DNA from: Pelomyxa schiedti
Taxonomy: Eukaryota > Protista > Evosea
Assembly (NCBI GenBank): GCA_020536535.1
Contig: JAHLWZ010000920.1
Location: 1 to 47,565 of the forward strand
Length of the DNA: 47,565 nucleotides
Direction of reading: 5' to 3'
The notes beneath the pieces are model-generated. The model did no database searches. It worked only from the letters and a program-made list of their open reading frames with translations, and was not told the origin of the DNA. Position numbers and translations under genes: made by a program. Below are positions 1-10,831 of the stretch, piece after piece. Every line of letters starts with the position of its first letter. Positions within the stretch are counted from its first letter, which is position 1.

Positions 1-537
1 TGATATGATTATGAGATGCCGTGCAACTGCTGGCATTATGGAGACATGATACTGTCCATATGAGAACGCAGTAAATGCTTATTGGACTGGCAAGCGAAGG
101 CAGCACTCCGTATTGTTTTCTGTTAAGGTAGTGTAAGTGTAACTGACCGCCTATCCTGATCGTGGGCCCACGATAACGAAATTGACAGCGTTGGTGTTTT
201 ATCCCTTCACCAATTGGTATTTGCCTCGGTGTTCCAAGTTGGTGTTTTCTTCGAAGAAACAAGACCACAAAAGAAAGCAGGGCGGAGTTAAATCGAGACG
301 TACGTGACACAGATCATGTACAGGCCGTCTGCGCCAACATCCATTAGAACTGACTCAGTTGTGCTCGGTTTCTTGACCAATTTTTTTTTTTTTTTGCGCG
401 TTTTTTTTCCCAGCCCTTTTTTTTTTGTGTTTTTTGTCATTTTTCCCAACCTTACAACAACATAAACAAAACAAAGAAACAAACATAAACAAACAAAGAT
501 AGTGGTGCGTGATACACACGGATCTTCTTAGAGTGGC

Positions 538-680
538 TCGTTGTGGGAGTGTTCAGTTAAGTTTGGCGGCGGCTCTGTTCAGTTAAGTTTGGTGGCTCTG
601 TTGTGGGAGTGAGCGGACTGCGGACTTCACTTCAGTTCAGTTAAGTTTGGCGGCGGCGGCGGCGGAGGACTTCAGTTCAT
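538..680. repeat. Imperfect short direct repeats (gttcagttaagtttgg(c/t)ggc x3, with gttgtgggagtg x2 and ggacttca units)
   Basis: The unit gttcagttaagtttgg occurs at about 551, 577 and 635, interleaved with gttgtgggagtg and (ggc)n. No coding signal. Confidence 0.7.
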
Positions 681-721
681 AGGTTGTTCTATGGACAACC
701 GCACAACCTAAGGTGGCGGCT

Positions 722-1488
722 TCATTGTGGCTTCCTTCCAACTGTATTTTTTGTGGAACCTTCAATAAACAAATTTTCTTTTGGTGGTTTTTTTTTGTTG
801 CTACTATTGCTTTTTAGTTGGTTCTTGTGATTGCGTGGGTGTAGACGACAACGATTATATACCATTGAAATTTTTTTGTGTGTGGGTGTGAATTCCACAA
901 AAAAAAATTTCATCAAATAATACAACAGAACCACAGTAGTGTTAAAAGTGATTTCAGAGTATTGTGTGAAGCCTGTGGCCATCTCACAGAAGTTTGCTGT
1001 TGGTGTGTAGAGGTGGTACATTCCTGCCTCATAGTACCCCAGGCACTGTGAGCCTCAGCACTTGCGGCTTTGGAGAGGAGTCCCTTTGGTGAGGAATAAG
1101 TTGTGCTCAATTGTGATTTCTACTCTCTACTTGACAACAGTTGCTTGCTGGGCTTGTTCTATGAGGATGAACTGCATTTGTGCAAAGTGCCAATGGCCCA
1201 GTGGAAATATTTTGAACCAGTAGCAGGTGACATGTTGGGGCACTTCAAGTGACATACAAGGTCCTTAATCCATTGGCAACAATCCACCAAGTCATCAAGG
1301 AGTGAGTTATTAGGGAATTTCCGGCTGCGGTAGTAATCTTTGCGCACATCTGCATCAAACCACTCTGTGCAATGTTTCATAAGCGCCAAGCATTGTGTCA
1401 CAATAAAGCACTCAGGATGGGTAAATTGTTGCGTACAGTGATGGTAATACTTTCTGCAAGCCACAACAACAGTAGTTGACGACGCCAC
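722..1488 (-). pseudogene. Possible decayed coding or repeat-derived sequence (stop-interrupted ORFs)
   Basis: A chain of minus-strand ORFs (1159-1488, 913-1110, 722-1021) is broken by stops, not by recognisable introns. The DNA looks CpG-poor and TpG/CpA-rich. No family recognised. Confidence 0.2.
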
Positions 1489-1604
1489 TCGACAACGTCG
1501 ACATGCGCCTCCTTAATGGCAGTTTCAGCTCACAACGAGCTCTCGAAGTAACCGTAGTAGTTACTTATTTCTACTACAGAAGATACAGCGAGGAACTCAT
1601 ACCC

Positions 1605-1946
1605 CTTCATAATATAACATAACATATCACCAGTGCTACTAGTATCCACAAGAAGCAACACACCACACCAGCGCACAGGCCCTTATATATCTGTGCTGTT
1701 GTTCCTGGTGGCGTGGTTCCTCAGCNNNNNNNNNNNNNNNNNNNNNNNNNNNNNNNNNNNNNNNNNNNNNNNNNNNNNNNNNNNNNNNNNNNNNNNNNNN
1801 NNNNNNNNNNNNNNNNNNNNNNNNNCTTCATAATATAACATAACATATCACCAGTGCTACTAGTATCCACAAGAAGCAACACACCACACCAGCGCACAGG
1901 CCCTTATATATCTGTGCTGTTGTTCCTGGTGGCGTGGTTCCTCAGC
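1605..1946. other. Assembly gap (100 N, 1726-1825) flanked by an exact 121-nt duplication (1605-1725 = 1826-1946)
   Basis: The identical sequence cttcataatataac...ggttcctcagc lies on both sides of a round-number N run, which is typical of unmerged overlapping contig ends. Confidence 0.9.
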
Positions 1947-2185
1947 GCCCAGTTGATGACCCTCGTGCTGCCCGCGATGCCCCCGCACTCGAGCGCGAAG
2001 TAGCGCGACGCCCAGGACCTCGACTCGATGCCCCCAGTCGCTGGGCTCCTCGCGCCTCGCTGGGTCGGACAGGATCGCGCGGCAGGCGCGGGCACTTGCA
2101 TTCTGGTGAGCGCGTCGCCGTACTGGTGGAGCCGAGGGGCCGATCGTAGCGGACGACGCTGTCCCAGATGAACTCGCTAAAGAAC
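1880..2185 (-). pseudogene. Frameshifted fragment of a GC-rich repeat-protein gene family
   Basis: Protein-like pieces fall in different frames: FFSEFIWDSVV, ACRAILS, FALECGGIAGSTRVINWALRNHATRNN and GLCAG. They are separated by frameshifts and a TAA with no GT-AG rescue. From memory this resembles a lineage-expanded ankyrin-like family. Confidence 0.3.
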
Positions 2186-2242
2186 GTCCTAGAGTGACTT
2201 ACAGGGTGTATTCCTTTCCGGGATCAGATCCCGAAACTCCAA

Positions 2243-4450
2243 ATGCCACGAGGTGGTTCGAGACGTCACAGGGCTAGGCGTGGGCGACCCATCTCTACGA
2301 GTCCAGAGGAGGCAGTGCCAGCCACAGCAACAACAACAACAACGGCAGTGCCGACCCTGCGGCCCCCAGAGCCACCTGGCCCGGCCGTAACCCCGGAGTC
2401 GCCTCGACGCGACTCCACGTGGGACTCACCCCCCGAGCCGCTGCCACAACCAGGGGAGGCGAGGCCCCCCGCTGTGCTCGAGCGCGTGTGGCTCTCGGGC
2501 TCGCCGGGGCTCCAGGACGCCAGCGGCTCGACACACGTCAACCTGTTCCGCGTCTCCCGGCTCTTCGGCTCCGCCGTGGCCCACGACGTCTCCCTGTTCG
2601 TAGACGCCGAGAACTGGCCCTGCCACCAGGCGCCCAATGGGGGGGGAAAGAGGCGCGGGGGCGGAGGGGGGTGCGGGGAGGCGCTGTGCGGGGAGTGCGA
2701 GGGCGGGCGCGGGCGAGGGGGAGGGGGAGGCGGGAGCGGGGAGGCTGGGGTTGTGGCGGGGCTGCTGAGCCGCCCGGCGTTTTGCATGTGCAAGGCGAGG
2801 ACTGGGACTTCCTTGATCGTGTTCCCGGTGTCTTGGGTTCCTTGGGAATCCTCGGGGAAGCCGCAGAATCCACTCATGGAATCCCCGGGAACGGGCTCTG
2901 TCATGGGGAATCCTGAACATGATGGACTATTCCGCAGGGCCTTTTATGCTGTGTGGGCTGACGACCAGTTGCTGAAAACAGGGGTGTGGGCTGAAATTCC
3001 TCACCTCCTGGATTTGCGCAATCAAGTGCCAACTACACCACTGGTAGCCAGTCCTCCGTTTCTGGCTTTGTGTTGTGGAACCCACCAAAGGCTTGGAGCA
3101 CACAGCCCTGTTCGCCCTCTTCCAAGTTATGTGTTGCAAAAGATTGCCGACTATGCCAGGGGCTGGTCGCATCCTGGGATGCTAGTTCTTTCTCCCCAGA
3201 TAACCGCAGACCTTCTGTTCCAAGTTCGGCACTTCAGTATGCTGGACAAAAAAGTCTTGAAGCGCTTTTACTTGCCCGACGGTGTCCTTCCACTGTTGTG
3301 TGCTTTGTCTAGAAACCAACTTCTCTTCACTTACTGTGGATCTCCAAATATATGGTGTACACCGGGAGAAGCCGAGCTGGCGTCGGTGGTTGCCAACCTT
3401 ACATCTGTTTTACCAATTTGTAGTGGGAATGTTGGCTGTGAATACTTGGATACCCTCTTAGGCAGTGAGAGATACACCTTTGTTTGCCTAATCTCAGCCC
3501 ACACTTTGATTTGGGGTCCGGATTCCGACTCGGTGAGTGAAGAAGAGCATTTTAAGAAGTTGTACTTCTCTCAGAAAACAAATCAAGTGGTAGTTGCAAC
3601 TAATAACACCTGCATGTTATTGCAAGAATCTGAAGGGATTTTTGGCGGAAATACACCTGGAGAAAGAGTTTTATGCATCAATTTGAACAATGGCTTCACT
3701 CAATGGTGCATTTACATGGAAGGGGATGACCACGTCAGTTCTTTTTCTTGCACTTGTATACCAGGGAAAGGACCAGTTCTAGTAACGCACACGAACCGGT
3801 CCTCCACAGTGTGGTGCATTGACAACCCACAAGCCATCACCAAGCTCATCACGTTTACCCACGCAAAGTTCGATCCCCAAGTCCCATCAATATCCTTCGG
3901 CTTGTGCTCCATCCTGATGGCTTCCGAATACCACATGCAGTTCATTGGCATAGACAACGCGCACACGATCACTACCCTTCCAAGTCCGCCTCCCTCTACC
4001 GTGATTCCGTCCGATTCCGCGGAATCGGAGGCTGTAGTCCACTGCTGGCCACAGACCAATTCCGCGCAAGGGCTTATTCACTGGACCGCAGACACCGGCT
4101 CTTCTTTCTGCAACTATTGCAAAGGAGTGGCCCTGGGCAAGTGCGAGAGCGGGAGCCTGCTGGCTCTCATGTCCGCTGCCACTTCGTGCTGGACGAAACC
4201 CGGAACCTTCCCCGAGGAGCTGGGCCTTGTTGAAGTCTACCACGTAGCTCCAGGCAACAACCCCACTTTGCTGCACCGCATCAATGTGGACTGGCAGGGC
4301 TGGGAATGCCGGGATAGCAGGGACGAGTACGATAGAAGCAGAAACAGAACCTCGGCTCTGCCGGTGGTAAAAATGATGCTGTGGTGTGAGGGTGGGGGTA
4401 AACGGTTCAATCAATTTCATCCTGAAAGGAAGAGCACCTCCCCTCCATAA
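2243..4450 (+). CDS. Hypothetical 735-aa single-exon protein with an F-box-like motif and a putative C-terminal beta-rich region
   Basis: Uninterrupted ATG-to-TAA ORF of 735 codons. It has a low-complexity N-terminus, the motif FLALCCGTHQRLGAHSPVRPLPSYVLQKIADY (F-box-like LP-x-x-VL-x-x-I), and a beta-strand-rich C-terminal half. Confidence 0.75.
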   Translation: MPRGGSRRHRARRGRPISTSPEEAVPATATTTTTAVPTLRPPEPPGPAVTPESPRRDSTWDSPPEPLPQPGEARPPAVLERVWLSGSPGLQDASGSTHVNLFRVSRLFGSAVAHDVSLFVDAENWPCHQAPNGGGKRRGGGGGCGEALCGECEGGRGRGGGGGGSGEAGVVAGLLSRPAFCMCKARTGTSLIVFPVSWVPWESSGKPQNPLMESPGTGSVMGNPEHDGLFRRAFYAVWADDQLLKTGVWAEIPHLLDLRNQVPTTPLVASPPFLALCCGTHQRLGAHSPVRPLPSYVLQKIADYARGWSHPGMLVLSPQITADLLFQVRHFSMLDKKVLKRFYLPDGVLPLLCALSRNQLLFTYCGSPNIWCTPGEAELASVVANLTSVLPICSGNVGCEYLDTLLGSERYTFVCLISAHTLIWGPDSDSVSEEEHFKKLYFSQKTNQVVVATNNTCMLLQESEGIFGGNTPGERVLCINLNNGFTQWCIYMEGDDHVSSFSCTCIPGKGPVLVTHTNRSSTVWCIDNPQAITKLITFTHAKFDPQVPSISFGLCSILMASEYHMQFIGIDNAHTITTLPSPPPSTVIPSDSAESEAVVHCWPQTNSAQGLIHWTADTGSSFCNYCKGVALGKCESGSLLALMSAATSCWTKPGTFPEELGLVEVYHVAPGNNPTLLHRINVDWQGWECRDSRDEYDRSRNRTSALPVVKMMLWCEGGGKRFNQFHPERKSTSPP

Positions 4451-4527
4451 TGGAAGAAGAAAAGAAGGCGTGTTGGTTTCCTAAAACTATTGTTGGCTTG
4501 TTTCTTTTGTTTATGTGTTCGTTTTGT

Positions 4528-7472
4528 TTAGCTGTCGGGTGGGGGTTGCCAAACACAAATGGCACCCTGTTTTGTCGTTGTCCAAATGGCAGCCATGGAT
4601 TTGAAAATCGGCACTGCAACGCTAGTCTTGGCTGGTCCCATACTACAACCTTCCACATTCAGAGTCCGCATTAGGGCGTTCTTGAACGGATCCCAGATAT
4701 TGACGTTGTTGGCAGCGTCGCAACTAATTACTATGTTATTGGCGGCCGTAAGTTGTTCGACTTCAGCGGAATGTTGTAGAGTAGCAATCTCCTATCAGTT
4801 GGTGAGCTATTTTCTATGCGTGTTTTGCTATTACCGCTCCTGTATTGGAAGTAACACTGACAACATTTCCACAAGAAATCCATAGTCTGTCACCAACAGT
4901 GATGATTGCACATCTTCTGGGACCTGGAGTTGAGCTGATAGGTTGTCCTGTCTCACTGTTGAGCTGAAGAAGGCCAGTTGAACATCCCACAAACATTACG
5001 TTGTTGAATAATGCTAGAGAGTACACCTCACACTCCAGTAAAAGCTTGTGGGTAACAGTACCACGCTACACAGGAGTAAGGCATTGAAAAAAGAAACATT
5101 TCTCACCTTGTTCAATATGCATATCTGTGTTGCAGAAGAACTTCCGGAGCGAGCACAGCTCCATATACGGTTATGTGACCCTTCTGCTAAGTATAAAAGG
5201 TAGATGATGGGGTATTTTGGGTCATGTGGAGCCACTTTCTTATAGCGGAAAGCCTACGGATGTAAACAACACAAACGAGTATGTTGACATATTACCTCAA
5301 CTTCAAGAATGTAAATTGTTGCCTCTTCTGAGCCGATCCACATTGTATTCTTTACAGGGAGTAGGGCATTTACGTTGGTATGGTGTAGGGGCATTTGACT
5401 GGGCGATCTGAAATCGTCCGCTTTGTATATAAACAGAAGTCCATTGGAAGATCCGATCTAATTGGGTAAGGAGCGTTCAAGGATGAAATAGTATACCCAG
5501 ACACATTCTCCACTGGCAATAATGGAATGGGAAGGTGTTGGCGGATCTGTAGCCACAATCTCAGGCAAAAGTGCATGCACAAATTTTCGCTTTTGACTGT
5601 TTAGAAGAAAAAAGGTTAATACGCAATCGGAAACCTTCAGGGCTGTTTGCGGAGATTGCAAGTGATGTTTTAGTAGCATTGCCAGAGTTGTTTGTTCCTC
5701 AGGCTGAGGAGTACCCTAATAAGTCTTTGTTATGATTGTTGTTCCCAAAAAAAAAAAAAAAAAATACCTTTCCCCCAACGAGACTTAATGGTGTTGATGG
5801 AGTTTCACGAGGGGAAGCAGCTTCATCTGCGATTTCATTAGAACCAGGTCACGTTCCTCAAACAAAAAAAGACCTGCTCTCTTCGCGTGTTTATCATGCC
5901 TGTGACCATGTCTCCCAGATTTGTGTGAGTGATCATGCCTCCCGCCACTGCTTCCACCAGTACTCCCCCCAGTGCTACCTCCAGTGCTGCCCCCAGCACC
6001 TATACTACCACTACTTCCTGTGCTGCCTGTGCTACCTCCTTCTTCAGCTGATGCGAGTGGTTTTGGCGCCCTGGAGGGATCACTGGAGAGACACGTTAGA
6101 GCACCAGGTGGTGGCTACAACAAGCAACGTTGGAAAAAAAAAAAGAGTAATTGGAGGAACTACACACTCTAGTCGTTATCCAGGGATGGTTAAGTAAGTC
6201 CTCAGCCGAAGGTCTATCCTCTGGGCGTTTACGGAAACAACAACCCAAGAAGTCTTGCAAGAGCTAAAGAGTAAATAATTATTAGGATGTATTTAATTAT
6301 CTCTGGGAATGAGTACCGCGGAGGCAGACGCTGGAACAAGCATTGGGCTTTGCACTATCTTGAACATTGCGGTCATGGAATTAAGCCTTTGTAGCGGCGC
6401 TTAGTGCCACACAAAAGAAGATCAAAAGCTTTGATCAGAAACATACTGGAAATATGGAGGTTCCCCTGTAAGAAGCTCCACAACAGTGCACCCCAAACTC
6501 CTGAAAACTCGTTAGACTCAACGTGGGGGAGAAGACAACAAACCAAATGTCGGACATAGTATTGTGACCCTCTTCTGCAATAACTTCTGGGGCCACTGTT
6601 TCGAAGGTTAGACACCAATCAGAGAAAAGCGTGGGTGGAAAAGGGGAAACAACTCCAAAATGGGGATCCTACTACAGTGTAATGTTTTCCGACCTCTTGT
6701 GTTGCAACTCCAAAATCGGAAAGTAATATCCGTCCTTCATCACTGAGAAGAAGCTACTGCATATGGTAAACCAGGGTAATGATTTGTTTGGTGTTGCTTG
6801 CATTTGCAGCCTTGATGTCCCTGTGTATAATACTCCTTTTGTGCAGATACATCAGAGCTCGAAGGACTTGTTCAATGTACGCAGCTATTTGGCACTCGTT
6901 CAAGTGTTCTGACTGCACAATATTTAATAGAGACCCGTTCTGAGCAAACCTATGGAAAAAGTTATGATTGAATTTGAGAGTTCAAGACAAACTCTAAAAT
7001 CAAATAAAGGTAATCTTCTGAGGGATAACTTCCGAAAATTTTTACAATATTTTCATGTTCAAGTTTTTGGAGAAGTTGGATTTCATTCTTGACAGGATTA
7101 GAAAAAGAACTATTCGCCACCAATTTACCCGAATGGATTCCAAGGAATGACGAGGTACACCTTTCGTGTCTAATCTCTTCACAGCGTAAAAAAGTCCAGT
7201 TTCCATAGACTTTGCCTTGAATACGGTGGCAAATGCACCTTTCCCGATTTTATCAGTGATAGTCTGCACCACGATGTTATTCCAAAAGGAACAGAAATAT
7301 AAAAACATACTAATGTCCCCACAGAAGTAGGGAACGTAAGAGTTGGAATCGCCATCGGATTTGGATGCCTCAGGCTCGCCTTCGACGGCGGAGGCGACGG
7401 CGACACTGTGTTGGTCACTTTGGGTGTGGCAGTACGAACAGTGCCCGTAGTAGTTACCGCAGAGTCCGTCAT
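4528..7472 (-). CDS. STE-group Ser/Thr protein kinase (Cdc15/MAP3K-epsilon/STE20-like) with a C-terminal WD-like beta-propeller, multi-exon
   Basis: Spliced motifs: IGKGAFATV, AVK, HRDIKAAN|LLL, DFG, GSPFWMAPE, DIWSLG and RPSAEDLLNHPW. These are followed by a Gly/Ser linker and repeats ending LWISC, NVNIWDP and ICVWQ. ATG at 7472, TAA at 4528. Confidence 0.9.
6754..6801 (-). other. GC-AG intron (48 nt) in the kinase catalytic loop
   Basis: HRDIKAAN|gcaagc...gcagtag|LLLSDEGRILLSDFG. Removing it restores canonical spacing and removes an in-frame TAG. No GT donor is available at this position. Confidence 0.85.
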
Positions 7473-7712
7473 GCCAACGTAGCCACGACCGAACGAGATC
7501 TCAAACAAACCTGTTATTTTTTGTTTTTTTTAATTTTTTTTCTTCTCTCATGATTGTGTTTTTTTGCTTTGAAAAGCCTTGCTCTTCGAAACAAACGAGA
7601 TACAACACAGCCGGGGTTTCACTCTCCAAAAAAGAAATCACGTGTGTTGAGTGGTTACACAGTTTGTCAGTTACACCGAGATCATTTCCGCAACAAAATA
7701 CACGCAACAAGA

Positions 7713-9232
7713 CTGGCGTCGCGGTCTGCCCCTCCTCCGGTTTTTATCCTGCGTGGTCACGACTCGCCTGTCACAGACGGTGCGTAACGTAGATTGAAGA
7801 TCCACCTTTGTTTGCTTCGTTTTTGCTTACTAACATCAAGTCAAGTACTCTGCTGATGGCACTTTACTGTATTCGGCGTATGTTACGCTCTTGTCTGACT
7901 CTACGTGTGTTGTGTTTGTGCGTGTGTTTGGTTTTATTACCATATACATGCAGACAATCACAAATACACGTAAAAAAGCGTACCTAGCATGAGACTATTA
8001 ACTCAACAAAAACCATAGAAGCAAAAGTGGCGAATTGAAGGGCTGGAGGACTGATACCATGAGGCAGTGTTTCTCTGTTGAAAACCTCCATAATCGAACA
8101 GTAATGAAGGGTGCTTGTGGTGGCATTTCCTCGTTGTGCCCCTTGGATAATTCTCAATGTGTGATTTCTTGGATCACCAACCTCTTTCGCGTCAATTGAC
8201 CTGTTTCATTAGTGTTGACCTACGGACGAGATGGGATAATAAACAAATGGGATATTGGACAGGGATCCCCAGTAACAACAACGTCCTATCCTGGACTTTC
8301 TCGTGGTTTTTGTGGCATTTCCGTATTGAAGGTTCACCTTTATGCTTACATAACCCAACGCACTTTCCTCAAACAAATTAGCAGGTCTCGATGTGTGCAT
8401 GTACTGTCACTACTAAGGACAGTACATACTCATCTGAGAACTGCTATGTTTCAATTTGCTATTGACCAACTCCTTTGAACAGTCAGCAAATGGGGAATGC
8501 ATTGCCGCAGTAGATGACAGCGAGGACCATATATTGATTCTAAATAGCAATCTAGAAGTCATTCACAGTATCTCGAGAAACAAATCTGGTTTGTGTCCTA
8601 CTTCAATACCTCTGCACTTTTACACTTAAAACCCCATAGCCGGGATGCCAATGGCACTGAAGATATTTGGGACTAATGAATACCCCCAGTCTCCTCTTGT
8701 AGCTTGCCTCTCAGAAGACGGTAGCCTTTCTATTTGGAATACTGCAAGTCAACTGCTGCTCTGCTCGAAGTTGCACACTGGAGGGAATGCAGGAACGTGC
8801 TTTGACTTGAGTTCACAGGATTCGACTCTGGGCGTTTCTGGTTCGAGTGGGGATAATCTAACGCTCTTCAGCATCAACTTTCAGTTGGTTTGTAGCTCTC
8901 CAACTTGAATATGGTACCTAAAATACCTTCAGGGGAAAATTGTCAAGACCGCACCTCTACCTATTGGTTCTGGTGTCTCTAAGGTTGCAGTCCGGAAAGA
9001 TGGGAAATTATTTGTGGCTGCTTGCTGGGATCACAGGTACAACTATGCGGAAGACTTTGGATAGTATTGATGATTTTTAAGGGTACGAGTGTTTGCTCTC
9101 AGCGGAAAGCCCTTGGCGCTGTTACGGTTTCATGAGGAGAATGTGAGCTGCTTGGACTTCAACCCCACCATCCAGAACACTTTTGCTTCTGGCAGTGCAG
9201 ACAAAAGAATAGCGATATGGTCCATATTTTGA
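7713..9232 (+). CDS. GNB1L: WD40 protein, GNB1L/ASA1 family (start codon uncertain, possibly CTG)
   Basis: Spliced motifs PPPVFILRGHDSPVTD, LTYGRDG, GMPMALK, GVSKVAVRKDGKLFVAACWDHRVRVF, KPLALLRFH and FASGSADKRIAIWSIF* match the GNB1L/ASA1 pattern. TGA at 9230-9232. Confidence 0.8.
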
Positions 9233-9283
9233 TGATCAAAAAGATAACTTGTACATATTAACAACTCTTGGTTTACATTTACT

Positions 9284-10614
9284 CTAGTACTGTGGGTGGT
9301 TGGGGCAGGTTTGGTGCTTGGAGTGTGTGAACCACTCAAGAATGCACTTCTTGTGGAAGACACACAAGCACTCCATTGTTATCAATGTTTGTGAGGCTTC
9401 AAATGGCAGCAAGCAAATGGAGCACTCTTCATCTTTCCCAGCATGAAAGCTACCAGGGGTTTCTGGTGGTTCAAGCAAAGTCAGAGGTTGGTTTTGCAGT
9501 GGTTGTTTTTTTTGAGTACCATTGTAACTGACTACTTGGTATTCTTTCTCTGGTTCCGCAGGTTTGTTGTGTTGTGCAGTTGACTCTGTTACTGTGGTCT
9601 GGTCACATCCCAATTGAGCGTAGATAAGGTCAGAATGATCACGAATCAAATGGATTGCCAGATTGACTATTTTTTGTGAAGGTTCCGGTACCTTGACTCC
9701 CGTGGTTCTGGACTGCGTGGTATTAGGAAAGTTCAAACTATACGAGGTGGAGAAACCAGTAAAGCACATATTGGGCATGGCATCATTTGCGGTAGTCGGG
9801 AATGTGCTTCAAGAGCATGCATTATCCAATCTGAGGCCTGTTTTAAAGTTTAGAGGGCTTACTGCAAGGGCAATACAAACCTCCATTGGTTGTCCGCAGG
9901 AAGGATAAGGACAAAAAATCTCGAAAGGGGAACTCCTACCTATACTTGAGTTTCTTTCTCAAAAGATGTTGGTACCTTTCCACTACTTCCGCATCAGCCT
10001 CTACACCCATGGTTCAATGAGTATTCTTATCTCCATAAAAAAAAATGCAGGTGGTGGAAAGTACCAAATTCAGACAGTAAGTCCTCGGTGCTCTTTTCCA
10101 GAGGCCGTCTCCTCGTAGTTGCCTGTTGTCCTCTCGAGTCCAACAGCTTCTTCGCGCCACCAGTGCCTCTTCCTCTCGAACTTGCGAATCCCCCAGCTTT
10201 GGCAACTCCTGATCCCGGGACACCTGCACTTCCATGCACTCTCGGTTTCTCGGCAGATGCCCGAGGGGGTCCCAGAACAACGGCATCACCAAAGCCGTCG
10301 TCGTCGTCACGACGATGAACTGCAACACAAGAGCTCCCAGGTGGGCTAGTGGCAGCCTCAGTGGCGGCACTCTTGGTCTTTGGTTTCTTTGCTGTTTCTG
10401 CTACTGCTACTGATACTGATACTGATACTGCTGCCGGGGCTACAGCTGCCGTCGACGAAGACGAGGAACAGGAGGAGGTCGTCGTCTGGGCGGGTGACGG
10501 CGTCGAAGTTGTTGCTGGGGGATTCTTGAGGCACTCGTCAAGATGGGCATTGAGGTCTCGGAGGGGCATCCATCGTTGGCATACAGGGCACACTTGCACC
10601 AGCGACGTGAGCAT
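9284..10614 (-). CDS. E3 ubiquitin ligase: UBZ4 (Rad18-type) zinc finger, Di19-like zinc-finger pair and ZNRF-type RING-H2
   Basis: N-terminal CPVCQRWMPLRDLNAHLDECL; middle CPYPSC...HALEAH...CPIC...NLAIHLIRDH; C-terminal CSICLLPF...CLCVFHKKCILEWF...CPNHP. Confidence 0.85.
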
Positions 10615-10831
10615 TCGTTAACTAACTCGGCGCCTCTCGCTGTATGGTTTTTTTTGTTTTGGTGGTCGGTTTTCCTTGTTGTTTTCTTCTTTTGTGGCGT
10701 CTAGTGCGTGTGGTCGGCGAAGAAAAAAAATGCAAAGTGAGATATGAGGTTTATAAATGGACAGTTCTTTTTTGGTGGATGTTTGGAAGACGAAGTGGGA
10801 AGATGCTTCTAGGGGCGCGGAGAAAGAAAGG

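Noticed and set aside
538-680. CRISPR-like repeat array
   Set aside because: Spacing is irregular, the spacers are themselves repeated, there are no cas genes and the context is eukaryotic.
1605-1946. 121-nt direct repeat that could be read as LTRs or a tandem duplication
   Set aside because: The copies are identical and directly abut a 100-N gap, so unmerged contig overlap is the simplest explanation.
2266-2920. Several long overlapping or antisense ORFs (also at 19059-19559, 21361-22377, 26724-27101, 35322-35925 and 36691-37093)
   Set aside because: These are shadow ORFs of GC-rich or low-complexity exons and carry no independent motifs.
6754-6756. Stop-codon readthrough or an alternative genetic code suggested by in-frame stops in conserved genes
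   Set aside because: Every case examined is resolved by a short intron, and genes end in TAA, TAG and TGA.
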